DNA of 64,000 bases from a virus. Its lineage: Duplodnaviria; Caudoviricetes. The stretch lies in the IMG/VR virus record IMGVR_UViG_3300046791_000095, positions 673 to 64,672 of that record; one strand, given 5' to 3'. The notes beneath the pieces are model-generated. The model made no database searches. It was not told where the DNA came from and saw only the letters and a list, made by a program, of their open reading frames with translations. Positions 18,506-27,424 of the stretch are shown in pieces (the first letter of the stretch is position 1; every line of letters begins with the position of its first letter). The translations under genes were made by a program, and so were the position numbers.

Positions 18506-19237
18506 ATGGCCAAGCAGACGAAGAGCAGCACCCCAGTCACCCCGAATTTCCGTGACGTTGATCGCGTCGCGACCGCCCGCGCGCAGGCCGCTGTTGCCGG
18601 TGGCAAGCAGGACCCGCTGAAGGTTCCGGCTGGTGCGAAGACGAGCACCGACAAGAAGGGCGTCGAGTACACCCGGTGGGTCGAGCGCGTCACCGTGACC
18701 CAGGCGTACCGTACGATCACGAAGAAGGGCCTGATGGACGTGGTCGTCGTGACCAAGATTCGTCAGTCGAAGGAGAACAACGGCTCGCGCGCTTTCGGTC
18801 ACTTCTACATCAACCACAGCCCGGAGATGCCTGAAGGCCATGCGGAGATGAACGACCGCAGTATGGGCGCGCTCATCACGCTCCTCACTGCCACTGGCTA
18901 CATGCCTGCGGGCGGTACGCTGAAGGGCTCGATGCTCGACAAGATGTTCCCGTCGAAGGGTCAGCCGGGCGTGGCGTCGCCTCTGAATGGCAAGGCTGTC
19001 GTCGCCAACATCGTTCAGCAGCTTGCTCCGCAGAAGGACCAGAAGACGAACAAGCCGGTTCTCGACGATGAGGGCGAGCCGATTCTGGAGAAGCGCGACA
19101 ACATCGAGTCGTTCCTGCCGGATGCTCCGAGCGACAACGACGAGGCGGAAGAGGACGAGATCGCTGGTGAAGAGGAAGAGGAGGAGGAAGCTCCTGCTCC
19201 TGCCCGCACTCCTGCGAAGCCGGCCCGGAGGAAGTAA
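18506..19237 (+). CDS. putative single-stranded DNA-binding protein
   Basis: Follows Sak4-like ATPase; acidic C-terminal tail; strong RBS. Confidence 0.5.
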   Translation: MAKQTKSSTPVTPNFRDVDRVATARAQAAVAGGKQDPLKVPAGAKTSTDKKGVEYTRWVERVTVTQAYRTITKKGLMDVVVVTKIRQSKENNGSRAFGHFYINHSPEMPEGHAEMNDRSMGALITLLTATGYMPAGGTLKGSMLDKMFPSKGQPGVASPLNGKAVVANIVQQLAPQKDQKTNKPVLDDEGEPILEKRDNIESFLPDAPSDNDEAEEDEIAGEEEEEEEAPAPARTPAKPARRK

Positions 19238-19884
19238 TGGCTGTTCACCATCCCGACAACGAACTCACTCGGATGATCGAGATGGCTGCGGCTCAGAATC
19301 GTAGCGGTGTGCGCGGAGGAGTGGCCTCAAGCACTCCTCTGCCTACCGCGCGCAGTGCTGACCTCGGCCATGAAGTTCCTGATCTTCCTCCGTTGACTAT
19401 GGAAGAGCAGGCGGAACTGAACCAGCTTGCAGCAGCGGCCGGTGTCAAGGACGACCGCATCGGTACGGCCGAGCCCGAGGGAGCGTATCCGACAATGGAG
19501 GCTGCCCTCGCTGCGTCTGCACCTGTCCACGGTGGGATGCTTCCAGCTAGCAAGAATCTTTTCGAGCGTCCCGGGCGGCACATCATGGTCAATGCTGCTC
19601 CTCGTATGCCGGACTTCAGTCGGCCTGCGACCTTTGACCTCGCGGACGGTGTGGTCATCATCGATGGCATGGAGTTCGTACTCCCGGATCAGTTGCGTGA
19701 TGAACTCCGAGTGAAGGCTGTTGAGGTCGCTCGCGAGTATCTCATGAAGAAGCTGACCGAGGCACTGGATTTCATGCGCACCACGCCGATGACGGCGGAG
19801 GTCGAGAATGGGGGCACCGAGTCGCGAGTGGATGAGGCAGTACAACAGCAGCCCCCGGGGAGTAGCGCGGAACCTCAGGTCTGA
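19237..19884 (+). CDS. hypothetical protein
   Basis: TAATG coupling; 215 aa. Confidence 0.65.
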   Translation: MAVHHPDNELTRMIEMAAAQNRSGVRGGVASSTPLPTARSADLGHEVPDLPPLTMEEQAELNQLAAAAGVKDDRIGTAEPEGAYPTMEAALAASAPVHGGMLPASKNLFERPGRHIMVNAAPRMPDFSRPATFDLADGVVIIDGMEFVLPDQLRDELRVKAVEVAREYLMKKLTEALDFMRTTPMTAEVENGGTESRVDEAVQQQPPGSSAEPQV

Positions 19885-20377
19885 ACATGGACTGGATAGA
19901 CCAACCTCCGAGGAGTGGACTAGGAGAATGTTTGCTCCCGGTTCTCGCTGTGCGATCTGTGGCCTGCCGACTTACCTTATCACGGTCTACCGTGATGGAG
20001 GTTGGCCCTGGTTCCTCGGTCGTCGTTACGGTGCCGGGTCTCATCCTCGTCTAACGCTCGACCATGTTGTTCCCGGCTGCAATGAAGGTGGTTTCCGGTT
20101 GCTCTGCTTTGCGTGCAACTCGCTGCGCGGAGCCAACCAACTGACTGATGAAGAAGTTCTCGTGAATGTTCGTGACAAGTGGCGCTGGTTCTCTGGACTC
20201 CGCTTTCTCTGGTGGTTGAACACCAGTCCCGGAGTTGGTGGCCGCCTGCACAGGAGCGTGCGATGCCAGAAGAGAGATGCACAGTTTGCGGCCGGGGCTA
20301 CACCCGAGGAGCCGCCACAGACGAACGACCCGAGTTCCACATCGAGTATCGATCCCTTTGCGAACTATGTGGGCTAA
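19808..20377 (+). CDS. HNH endonuclease
   Basis: CAIC...LTLDHVVP...LCFACNSLRG. Confidence 0.8.
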   Translation: MGAPSREWMRQYNSSPRGVARNLRSEHGLDRPTSEEWTRRMFAPGSRCAICGLPTYLITVYRDGGWPWFLGRRYGAGSHPRLTLDHVVPGCNEGGFRLLCFACNSLRGANQLTDEEVLVNVRDKWRWFSGLRFLWWLNTSPGVGGRLHRSVRCQKRDAQFAAGATPEEPPQTNDPSSTSSIDPFANYVG

Positions 20378-20526
20378 CGCTCACGAAAGCTCTGGAGGGG
20401 ATCATGGAGATGCTTCGTCAATCACACGGCGAACGGCGAGAGCGAGTCCTAGACAGACTCATGGTGCGTCTTGAATCCCAGGGTTTCTCAACGGACTCGT
20501 TTCCCCGGCGTCGGAGGTCAGCATGA
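20263..20526 (+). CDS. small zinc-finger protein
   Basis: CTVC...CELC; AGGAG upstream. Confidence 0.5.
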   Translation: MPEERCTVCGRGYTRGAATDERPEFHIEYRSLCELCGLTLTKALEGIMEMLRQSHGERRERVLDRLMVRLESQGFSTDSFPRRRRSA

Positions 20527-20672
20527 AGGAAGTACATATGTGGGAGAGCGAGGAGCTTGGCCTTGTTCTCCTTGAGCAAGAGATGAAACCAGTTCTCGCA
20601 GAAGAGATCAGTCGATACATCAAGTACCTTGAAACTGAGCTTGCCCATGCTCGACTACGGAGGTTCGCATGA
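20523..20672 (+). CDS. 49-aa hypothetical protein (not in ORF track)
   Basis: GGAGG RBS; ATGA-coupled at both ends. Confidence 0.5.
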   Translation: MKEVHMWESEELGLVLLEQEMKPVLAEEISRYIKYLETELAHARLRRFA

Positions 20673-23137
20673 AAGCATACGGCAAGGCCAACGCGCCATA
20701 CCTCTTCGTGATGGTCAGTAAGCCAAGCGAGGGAATGGAAGCGTGGTTCTGGCGCCATCTACACAAGGTTGGAATTCTGAAGTCGCAGTGCCGGATCGTC
20801 TACATGATCAACGAGCCTCCGGCCGGCGCGAACAACAAGCCTCTGAAGGCTCAAATCCGTGATGCGCGTGACCGCTTCGAGAACGAGATCAGACGCTCTT
20901 CTCCACAGGTCGTGATCCCGATGGGAACGGAGCCGTTCTACCTTCTCACCGGAATCAACGAAGGAATCTTCGATGCGCGTGGTTACCTGATCCGGGCGCA
21001 TCTGTTCCATCAGATGCCGAAGGAAGTCTGGAAGCAGATCGGTACCTACAAGAACGCGAGCAAAGCATCGGGCGCCAAGAAGGGTGACCCGAAGATGAAG
21101 TGGGTCTCTGAAGATCAGCCGGGACTACTCGGCGTGGACTTCAAGGGCGTCGTGATCCCGACGTTCACTCTGGAGCACATTCGGACCGAATCATTCTCGG
21201 TGAGCCCGGCATTCATCGAAGACATCAAGCGCATGAAGCGTGCGTTCGACGGTGACCTCCGTGAGGTCGGGAAGAAGATGAAGGTCATCACGACCTTCGA
21301 CAAGCTTCCGCCCGTGTCGCGTATGGGCGAGATGATTGCTGTGGACATCGAGACGCACGGGATCGACAACGAAGTGATCGACCTCGTATCGTTCAGCGAT
21401 GGCAAGACCACGGCTGTCATCGAGTGGGACAAGGACATTCGGGACTACCTATCGAGGATGTTCGCGCTGCCGAAGCGCATCTTCGTGTTCCACAACTCTC
21501 CGTTCGACCTCCCTCGTTTGGTCGCGAACGGGGTCAACATTGCCCCGTCCGTGATCGAAACGTCAACCTTCGACACCATGTTCGGGGGCGTGCAGGTGCA
21601 GCCAGACCTCCACAAGGCGCTCGGGCGGATGGCGTCGCTGTACCTCGACATCGAGCCGTGGAAGACCTCCTCTCGTAAGGAGACTTCTCACTGGCGTGCG
21701 ATGGTCAAGTCGGACCCGAAGATGTACGCAGCGAAGGACTCCTTCAACACCTACTGGATTGCTGTCCAGTTGATCGCGATCATGAAGGACCTCGGCGTGT
21801 GGAACTACTTCATGGGACAGAACGGACATCCTGGCCCGGGAGTCATGGCGACGCTGCCCGAGCTTGCGGAGATGTCGCGCGGTGGACTCCGTACGAACCG
21901 AGAGTATGCGCGTGAAGTCTGCCCGAAACTGGAGAAGCGCCTGATGCGCTACCTCACGCTCTGGACGCAGATGTTCCCGAACATCAGGTTCTCGTCGAAC
22001 CCGCAGTTGCAGAAGCTCCTCTACAGACAGTGGGGATTGCCGATCCAGCGGAACAAGGAAGACGGTGTCAGTGTGGACGAACTCGCGCTCGTCAAGCTAC
22101 AGGCGTTCGTTCGGGACAACCGCGAGAATGGGATGCTCCCCGGCAAGTGGCAGACTGATCCTCGGGCTGTGCCACGTACATTCGATCTGATGTACAAACT
22201 GCGCAAGACGAGCAAGATGCTCTCGACTTACGTTCAGCCCGTGATGTTCTCTGAGGAGTCGTGGGTGCATCCGAGTTACCTGCCCGCGTCGAAGGATGAC
22301 GAGCGGGGAGGAAAGAAGATGGACAATAAGGGCGCCACGGCGACGGGGCGTCTTGCGAGCTTCAAGCCGAACATCCAGAACCAGATGAAGGAGAAGATCG
22401 GCAATGTTAGCGTCCGACACCTCTACGTTCCTGACTCCGAAGATATGTGCTTCGTTCAGGCGGATTACAAGTCTGCCGAGTTGTACGTGCTTGCCGGGGT
22501 GTCTGGCGACAAGCGACTGTTGGCTGATCTCGCGGGTGACATGCACCAGCGGAATGCGGATCGTCTCACAGAGGTACTGGGTGAGCTTGTAACGCGCAAG
22601 GTTGCGAAGAACGTGACGTACGCGTCTCAGTATCTTGCGAGCCCGGCGAAGCAGAGCGAGATGATCCTGGAGCAGGAGCATCTGTACATCTCTCCGGCGC
22701 AGTGTCTGTCAGTATCGGAAGGAATCTGGGGCTACTACACGAAGGCGACAGCGTACAAGCAGTTGCTCGTCGAGCTTTGTGAGTCGCAGAGGTACATCAC
22801 CAATCCGTTCGGGCGTACTCGGTTCTTCCATGCTGGCCGTGCTCCCGCAGCGGTGGACTTCATCCCGCAGAGTGTTGTTGCAGACATCCTCTGGTGCGTC
22901 CTGAAGGACGTAGCGATGATGTTGCGATCTTACGGAGGACGGCTCGTAACTACAGTTCATGATTCGATCCTCGGCTGTGTTCCTGCGATACATCGTGAAG
23001 AGGCAGCGTACATGATGAAGGAAATCATGGAGCGTCGCTTTGATTGTGTTCGCAAAGGTTTCTACATCCCGGTTGAGATCGAGATGGGAGAAGCTGGTGC
23101 GTCGTGGGCTGAACTGAAGAAGTGGGAGGCGGCGTGA
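20669..23137 (+). CDS. polA: family A DNA polymerase with N-terminal UDG-like domain and 3'-5' exonuclease
   Basis: ExoI DIETHG, HN..FD, YAAKD; TGRLAS..PNIQN; motif A DYKSAE; motif B RKVAKNVTY; motif C VHDS. Confidence 0.92.
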   Translation: MKAYGKANAPYLFVMVSKPSEGMEAWFWRHLHKVGILKSQCRIVYMINEPPAGANNKPLKAQIRDARDRFENEIRRSSPQVVIPMGTEPFYLLTGINEGIFDARGYLIRAHLFHQMPKEVWKQIGTYKNASKASGAKKGDPKMKWVSEDQPGLLGVDFKGVVIPTFTLEHIRTESFSVSPAFIEDIKRMKRAFDGDLREVGKKMKVITTFDKLPPVSRMGEMIAVDIETHGIDNEVIDLVSFSDGKTTAVIEWDKDIRDYLSRMFALPKRIFVFHNSPFDLPRLVANGVNIAPSVIETSTFDTMFGGVQVQPDLHKALGRMASLYLDIEPWKTSSRKETSHWRAMVKSDPKMYAAKDSFNTYWIAVQLIAIMKDLGVWNYFMGQNGHPGPGVMATLPELAEMSRGGLRTNREYAREVCPKLEKRLMRYLTLWTQMFPNIRFSSNPQLQKLLYRQWGLPIQRNKEDGVSVDELALVKLQAFVRDNRENGMLPGKWQTDPRAVPRTFDLMYKLRKTSKMLSTYVQPVMFSEESWVHPSYLPASKDDERGGKKMDNKGATATGRLASFKPNIQNQMKEKIGNVSVRHLYVPDSEDMCFVQADYKSAELYVLAGVSGDKRLLADLAGDMHQRNADRLTEVLGELVTRKVAKNVTYASQYLASPAKQSEMILEQEHLYISPAQCLSVSEGIWGYYTKATAYKQLLVELCESQRYITNPFGRTRFFHAGRAPAAVDFIPQSVVADILWCVLKDVAMMLRSYGGRLVTTVHDSILGCVPAIHREEAAYMMKEIMERRFDCVRKGFYIPVEIEMGEAGASWAELKKWEAA

Positions 23138-23547
23138 CCCCCAAAGAACTCGATGCCCTCTGGATGGAGTTTTCCGAGAGGCTTTATCTTGCAGGAGGTA
23201 TTTGCGACATGGGATTCATCGTGAAAGACAGCGGTGAGCGGAAGGAGTTTGCGAGCGGGATGAAGCGCGACGTGACGGAAGGGAAGATCGACTACACCCT
23301 CGTGTTCGATGGCCCTATGCTGGAACGTCTTGCGGTTCATCTCACGAAGGGCGCGAAGAAGTACGATGCCCGGAACTGGATGAAGGCAGCCGGTGAGGAA
23401 GAGATGAACCGGTTCCGTGAGTCTGCTGTCCGGCACTTCGTGCAGTGGATGCGCGGAGACACGGATGAGGATCATGCCGCAGCCGTCATGTTCAACATCA
23501 ACGGATACGAGTACGTGCGTGGACGCCTGCGCGAAGACAAGGTGTAA
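23134..23547 (+). CDS. dATP/dGTP diphosphohydrolase-domain protein (DUF5664-like)
   Basis: F.SGMKRD..EGK.DY.L, GAKKY..RNW.K, S..RH, EDHAAA..FN. Confidence 0.8.
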   Translation: MTPKELDALWMEFSERLYLAGGICDMGFIVKDSGERKEFASGMKRDVTEGKIDYTLVFDGPMLERLAVHLTKGAKKYDARNWMKAAGEEEMNRFRESAVRHFVQWMRGDTDEDHAAAVMFNINGYEYVRGRLREDKV

Positions 23548-23756
23548 CAAGCCCGCTATCATCGGGTCTCGCTGCGTGAGACACTGGCTGCACCGGCAGT
23601 ACCGGTACCGCAGATGTCTCCCTATCCAGCGTGACTGGTGGCAGAAGTTCGAGCCAAGTTTCGTTCAGGGGATAGAAGCACGACTGTCTGGATTTGCGGT
23701 GGGGCCGGCGCAGTGGAGCCTCAACCCGACGCAGCAGCGGTGGATTCCCTACCTAG

Positions 23757-24029
23757 ATGAACTTGTACTTGCTGCTGAGGCAGCGTGGAGGAGACGTGCA
23801 GAACATCGTGTTGGCAACAAAGAAGTATGAGGATGAGTGGCGTGGAACCCTCATCGTGGACAACCAGTTCCGCGAGATTCTGGTCGATTATTCCTTGGCC
23901 GACCTTGTGGGTGAAGCGGTACGAACGCTGAGTGCTGTCGAGCATGAATTCTCTCGGGGACAAGAAGTCATCGTCGAGATCAACATCAAGCCCCTCCGAG
24001 GACAGAATGGACCGACTCCGACTGCGTGA
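23757..24029 (+). CDS. hypothetical protein
   Basis: Open frame before lysozyme; start uncertain. Confidence 0.4.
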   Translation: MNLYLLLRQRGGDVQNIVLATKKYEDEWRGTLIVDNQFREILVDYSLADLVGEAVRTLSAVEHEFSRGQEVIVEINIKPLRGQNGPTPTA

Positions 24030-24438
24030 GGAACTCATCCGGGATGAGGGTGAACGTCTCATCGCGTACCGGGACAATTCAGCAGAGAAGAACTGGACCA
24101 TCGGAGTTGGTCACCTTCTCGGCTCAACGCCACGGATGTCATCGATCACGAAGCACGAATCGAGGGCACTCCTTGAGGCCGACATCGATGAGGCTCTGGG
24201 TGTAGCCCACGTCCTCGTCCCGAAGTACAGTTTCTTCGCAGAGGATCGGCAGCGGGCTTTGGTGAACATGGCCTTCAATCTCGGGATGCGCCTCGCCGAG
24301 TTCAAGAAGTTCTTGGCAGCACTCAACGCGGAGGACTGGAACTTGGCTGCGACTGAGATGATGGACTCGAAGTGGGCAGGGCAGGTGAAGGACCGGGCTG
24401 AACGTCTCAAGCAGATGATCCTCCGAGGTGTCGCGTGA
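24007..24438 (+). CDS. T4-like lysozyme (GH24 endolysin)
   Basis: DEG.R..AY.D...TIGVGHLL, ALVNMAFNLG, FKK.LAA, EMMDSKWA.QV..RA. Confidence 0.9.
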   Translation: MDRLRLREELIRDEGERLIAYRDNSAEKNWTIGVGHLLGSTPRMSSITKHESRALLEADIDEALGVAHVLVPKYSFFAEDRQRALVNMAFNLGMRLAEFKKFLAALNAEDWNLAATEMMDSKWAGQVKDRAERLKQMILRGVA

Positions 24439-24629
24439 CGAGGAGACTCTTCGATGCAACTCTTCGCATCCGGTTGAGTGGAGAAGAGGCGGTTCTCATC
24501 AAGAACTACCTGAAGGAAACAGCCGGGAAGAAGGCTGAGATCGGACACCTCCTCGAAGAGGTGGCTCAGAACGCCATCGATGCTCTTGCCGCACAGGCGG
24601 TGATGTACTCGGAAAGGAAGGACGCATGA
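24435..24629 (+). CDS. hypothetical protein
   Basis: Coupled at both ends. Confidence 0.55.
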   Translation: MTRRLFDATLRIRLSGEEAVLIKNYLKETAGKKAEIGHLLEEVAQNAIDALAAQAVMYSERKDA

Positions 24630-25027
24630 AGTTCGGATTCGATCTCGATGGTACGCTCGACAAGCCGGCACTACGTGACCTCGCCAACATCCTCATCTCA
24701 GCCGGACATGAGGTTCATGTCATCACGGGAACCTTTCCTGAGGCTGGTGATTGGCAGAACGCAGATGCGAAGATGGCAAAGATGAGGCGACTCGGGATTC
24801 CTTTTACGCAGGGATTCTACGATCCGCTCGTTCGGGTGGCTCAGTTGCACATTCTGTACGCAGTCAATCAGGAGTATCCTCGTGACTACCGTCTTGCAGA
24901 CCTGGGTCTCCGCAAGGGTGCCCTTTGTGAGACGCTTGGACTCACGATGATCTTCGACGACAGCATGACGTACTGCGAGATGATTCCGAAGATGGCCGGG
25001 AACACCGTCGTACTCCAGGTGCGCTGA
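24626..25027 (+). CDS. HAD-superfamily hydrolase
   Basis: FDLDGTL, ITG, K...FDD. Confidence 0.75.
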   Translation: MKFGFDLDGTLDKPALRDLANILISAGHEVHVITGTFPEAGDWQNADAKMAKMRRLGIPFTQGFYDPLVRVAQLHILYAVNQEYPRDYRLADLGLRKGALCETLGLTMIFDDSMTYCEMIPKMAGNTVVLQVR

Positions 25028-25596
25028 TGAAGCGCAAGGTACTGGTGATCGATACGGAGACGGGTGGCCTCGATGCTTCTCTGTTCTCACTTCTCTCTGT
25101 CGCAGCTATCGTCCTCAATGAGGGTGTGGTCGAGGAAGAATACTACACTCTCGTGAATGAAGATGTGATCATCGTCGAGGATGAGGCGATGAAGATCAAC
25201 AGACTCGATCTTGAACGGAACCGCTCAGAAGGAAAGAACCCTCGTCAGGTTGTGAACGAACTCAACAACCTTATCCTGAAGCATGGCATCAGGCGTGGTG
25301 TGACCATCGTAGCTCACAACGCACCCTTCGACGTGAGCTACATGAAGCGGCTCTACCGGCTGGCCGGCGTGGACTACTCGAAGTGGTTTGCATACCGGTC
25401 GCTCTGTACGGTTACGGGCGCTCTGCTTCTCGATCAGGCCGGGAGGATTACGCTTCCGGGAGGCTCGGCTTCCCTCGACAACTTGACCACGCTCTGGAAC
25501 CTGAAGCTCGACCGTCCTGATGGACACAACGCGCTCGACGATGCGCGTGCAACCGTGCTGGTCTACAACAAGCTGATTCAGATGCTGAAAGGGTAG
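25027..25596 (+). CDS. DEDDh 3'-5' exonuclease (DnaQ-like)
   Basis: IDTETGG, AHNAPFD, HNALDDA. Confidence 0.9.
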   Translation: MKRKVLVIDTETGGLDASLFSLLSVAAIVLNEGVVEEEYYTLVNEDVIIVEDEAMKINRLDLERNRSEGKNPRQVVNELNNLILKHGIRRGVTIVAHNAPFDVSYMKRLYRLAGVDYSKWFAYRSLCTVTGALLLDQAGRITLPGGSASLDNLTTLWNLKLDRPDGHNALDDARATVLVYNKLIQMLKG

Positions 25597-25597
25597 G

Positions 25598-25840
25598 ATG
25601 TCCTACGTCTGGATCAAACTCGTGACGGCGTGTGGCTGTTCAAAGGAGTGGTTGAGTCCAGAGAACTGGACCAGATCAAAGTACGTTGTTTCACTCCCGA
25701 CACCTGTCAAAATAAGTGGAGGAGAACCTGATCTAGCGAACACCTTTCCTCGGACTCGTACTTTCAAATTGTACAACGAGTACTGGGATAATGTTCGGAA
25801 GATTCGTGTTGTCGTCTATGAAGAGTCTTTAGGGGAGTAG
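25598..25840 (+). CDS. hypothetical protein
   Basis: Follows exonuclease; 3' end overlaps tRNA by 10 nt. Confidence 0.45.
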   Translation: MSYVWIKLVTACGCSKEWLSPENWTRSKYVVSLPTPVKISGGEPDLANTFPRTRTFKLYNEYWDNVRKIRVVVYEESLGE

Positions 25841-25906
25841 CGCAGAGGCCAGCGTGCCCGTTTTGGAAACGGGCGGTCGTGGGTTCGAATCCCACCTCCC
25901 CTGCCA
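25831..25906 (+). tRNA. tRNA with TGG (Pro) anticodon on a Trp-type body
   Basis: AGGGGAG/CTCCCCT acceptor, CCCGT-TTTGGAA-ACGGG, GTGGG-TTCGAAT-CCCAC, G73, CCA. Confidence 0.9.
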
Positions 25907-25910
25907 AAGT

Positions 25911-26153
25911 GCGAGGGATACCATAGGTGAAAAGGCCGAGCCGGTCAGGGGAAAGTTGTGGTAGCGAGTACCCCCACCTCCCTCGCATTATCAGTGTGTG
26001 CTTTCCAGAAACCACCACGCAGAAGCGTGAGCGAACTGGATTAGGCTCCAGAGGGAGCAGCACACTACAGCGACCCAAGAGTAAACGTGACGGGCTAAAG
26101 CAATCGCGAGGTCGCGGGCGTAACCCGCGCTAAGCCCGCAGACCTATCTTGGG
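25911..26153 (+). ncRNA. three tandem small structured RNAs between tRNAs
   Basis: Closing stems GCGAGGGA/TCCCTCGC, AGTGTG..TGCTTTC/GGGAGCA.CACACT and CCCAAGA/TCTTGGG, each with internal hairpins. Confidence 0.55.
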
Positions 26154-26159
26154 CATCTT

Positions 26160-26242
26160 AGCTCCCTGATGGAATGCAGACATGCCAGCCTTAGAAGCTG
26201 GTGCCTTCGGGCGTGAGGGTTCGAATCCCTCGGGAGCTACCA
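26160..26242 (+). tRNA. tRNA-Leu(TAG)
   Basis: AGCTCCC/GGGAGCT, CCAGC-CTTAGAA-GCTGG, long variable arm, TTCGAAT T-loop, ACCA end. Confidence 0.9.
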
Positions 26243-26244
26243 TC

Positions 26245-26319
26245 GTGACGGAGGGTGAAGAGTGGAACCGGAGGGCTGTGAATCCTCTTTAGCGGATGCG
26301 ACTTCCGCCCGTCACTCCA
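26245..26319 (+). tRNA. atypical tRNA-His(GTG)
   Basis: GTGACGG/CCGTCAC, GAGGG-CTGTGAA-TCCTC, GCGGA-TGCGACT-TCCGC, TCCA end. Confidence 0.7.
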
Positions 26320-26345
26320 TGCAGTACAACCAACCAGGAGGCAGC

Positions 26346-26504
26346 ATGAGCATGTTCGAGGTTAGCATCGAGAAGACGGACGACAAGTACAAGTCGGTGT
26401 ACGTTCTTGCCGGCAGTTTCGGTCAGGCGGCCGACAAGGTTGCTCTCCGATACCCGGACTACAAGGTGACGGACGTTCAGCTTCGAGGCGAGTACATTCA
26501 GTAG
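26346..26504 (+). CDS. small hypothetical protein
   Basis: AGGAGG RBS; 52 aa. Confidence 0.6.
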   Translation: MSMFEVSIEKTDDKYKSVYVLAGSFGQAADKVALRYPDYKVTDVQLRGEYIQ

Positions 26505-26622
26505 ATCGGCTGGCACCGGGACTCTCGGCTCCCAATCCCGATGCCAAGCTTAGGGAGCCAAGAGGGTATCCGCATGGAGATCGTGTTGCTTCTTGATCTG
26601 CTGTGGTGGGTGCGCCGGTAAC

Positions 26623-26669
26623 AAAAAAGCCCCTCATGTCCTTGCGGACGTGGGGGGCTTTCGTGTTTC
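26623..26669. terminator. bidirectional intrinsic terminator between the two arms
   Basis: AAAAAAGCCCCTCATGTCC-TTGC-GGACGTGGGGGGCTTT at the convergence of the + and - gene blocks. Confidence 0.8.
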
Positions 26670-26781
26670 TAGTCACCGAACTGGTCGTGGAACCAAGCAT
26701 CGGCAACGATGTATGCAGAGATGATGAAGGACCACTTGATGTAGTTCCACATCGTCAACTGTGGGCTTGGCATCTTTCCTC

Positions 26782-27036
26782 CTAAGCTGTGGTGTTGGGC
26801 TTCTTGAATCCGACGACCTTAGCTCCCTCGACGATTGGTGGAGGGTTCTTGGCGCGACGGCGTTTCTGGATCGCACTGTCGATGACACGCCGGCCCTGCT
26901 CTAGCATGTTGGGGAACATACGCTCGGACTGGGGGACGTTCTGTCGATCCTCCAAATCCTTGACCATCTGCTCCTTCTGCTTCCGCAAGTCCAACGGGTT
27001 ACTCCGCTGATATGGCCTACTGGCTCGCGACGCCAT
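26782..27036 (-). CDS. small basic protein with RSNP motif
   Basis: MASRASRPYQRSNPL... Confidence 0.55.
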   Translation of the reverse strand: MASRASRPYQRSNPLDLRKQKEQMVKDLEDRQNVPQSERMFPNMLEQGRRVIDSAIQKRRRAKNPPPIVEGAKVVGFKKPNTTA

Positions 27037-27424
27037 TCTTCTTCTCGTAGGTGCGCATGCCGCCGATACCAAGCATCGAGATGACCATCGTGGTCAACAG
27101 TTCGACACTCATCACGGGTGCCGGCACAGGTTTGCCAGCGAGGTTTGCACCGTAAACCGCAAGAGGGATGATGATCAGTTGAAGCGCCAGAGCCGCTCCG
27201 CAAACCCACCCGATGAACGGGCGCCAGCCAGAAACGAAGAGCCTCGGGCTAGCCGCCTCGATCTTGTTGATCTCGATCTGGTTCGCAATGACCTGAAGGT
27301 CACCACTCTGCTCCATCTCTCTTAGCTTCAGGAGAGCTTCCGCCTTCTGCTTCGGGTCAGGGATGAAACGCTCGATGAGTGTCTTCCCTACATCCAGTAC
27401 TGCACTAATCGGGTCAAGAGCCAC
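27017..27424 (-). CDS. holin, 3TM (GTA-type) family
   Basis: PDP..KAEA, N..EA...LFVSGWRPFIGWVCG, MLGIGGMRTYEK. Confidence 0.85.
   Translation of the reverse strand: MALDPISAVLDVGKTLIERFIPDPKQKAEALLKLREMEQSGDLQVIANQIEINKIEAASPRLFVSGWRPFIGWVCGAALALQLIIIPLAVYGANLAGKPVPAPVMSVELLTTMVISMLGIGGMRTYEKKNGVASQ

Noticed and set aside
20669-23547. 2-aminoadenine (Z) genome system
   Set aside because: No PurZ-like gene recognised anywhere in the window; the hydrolase and HDS motif alone are not diagnostic.
25911-26153. Theta/HDV-like, twister or pistol ribozymes after the tRNA
   Set aside because: Stem order and conserved cores could not be matched by eye; kept only as unclassified structured RNAs.
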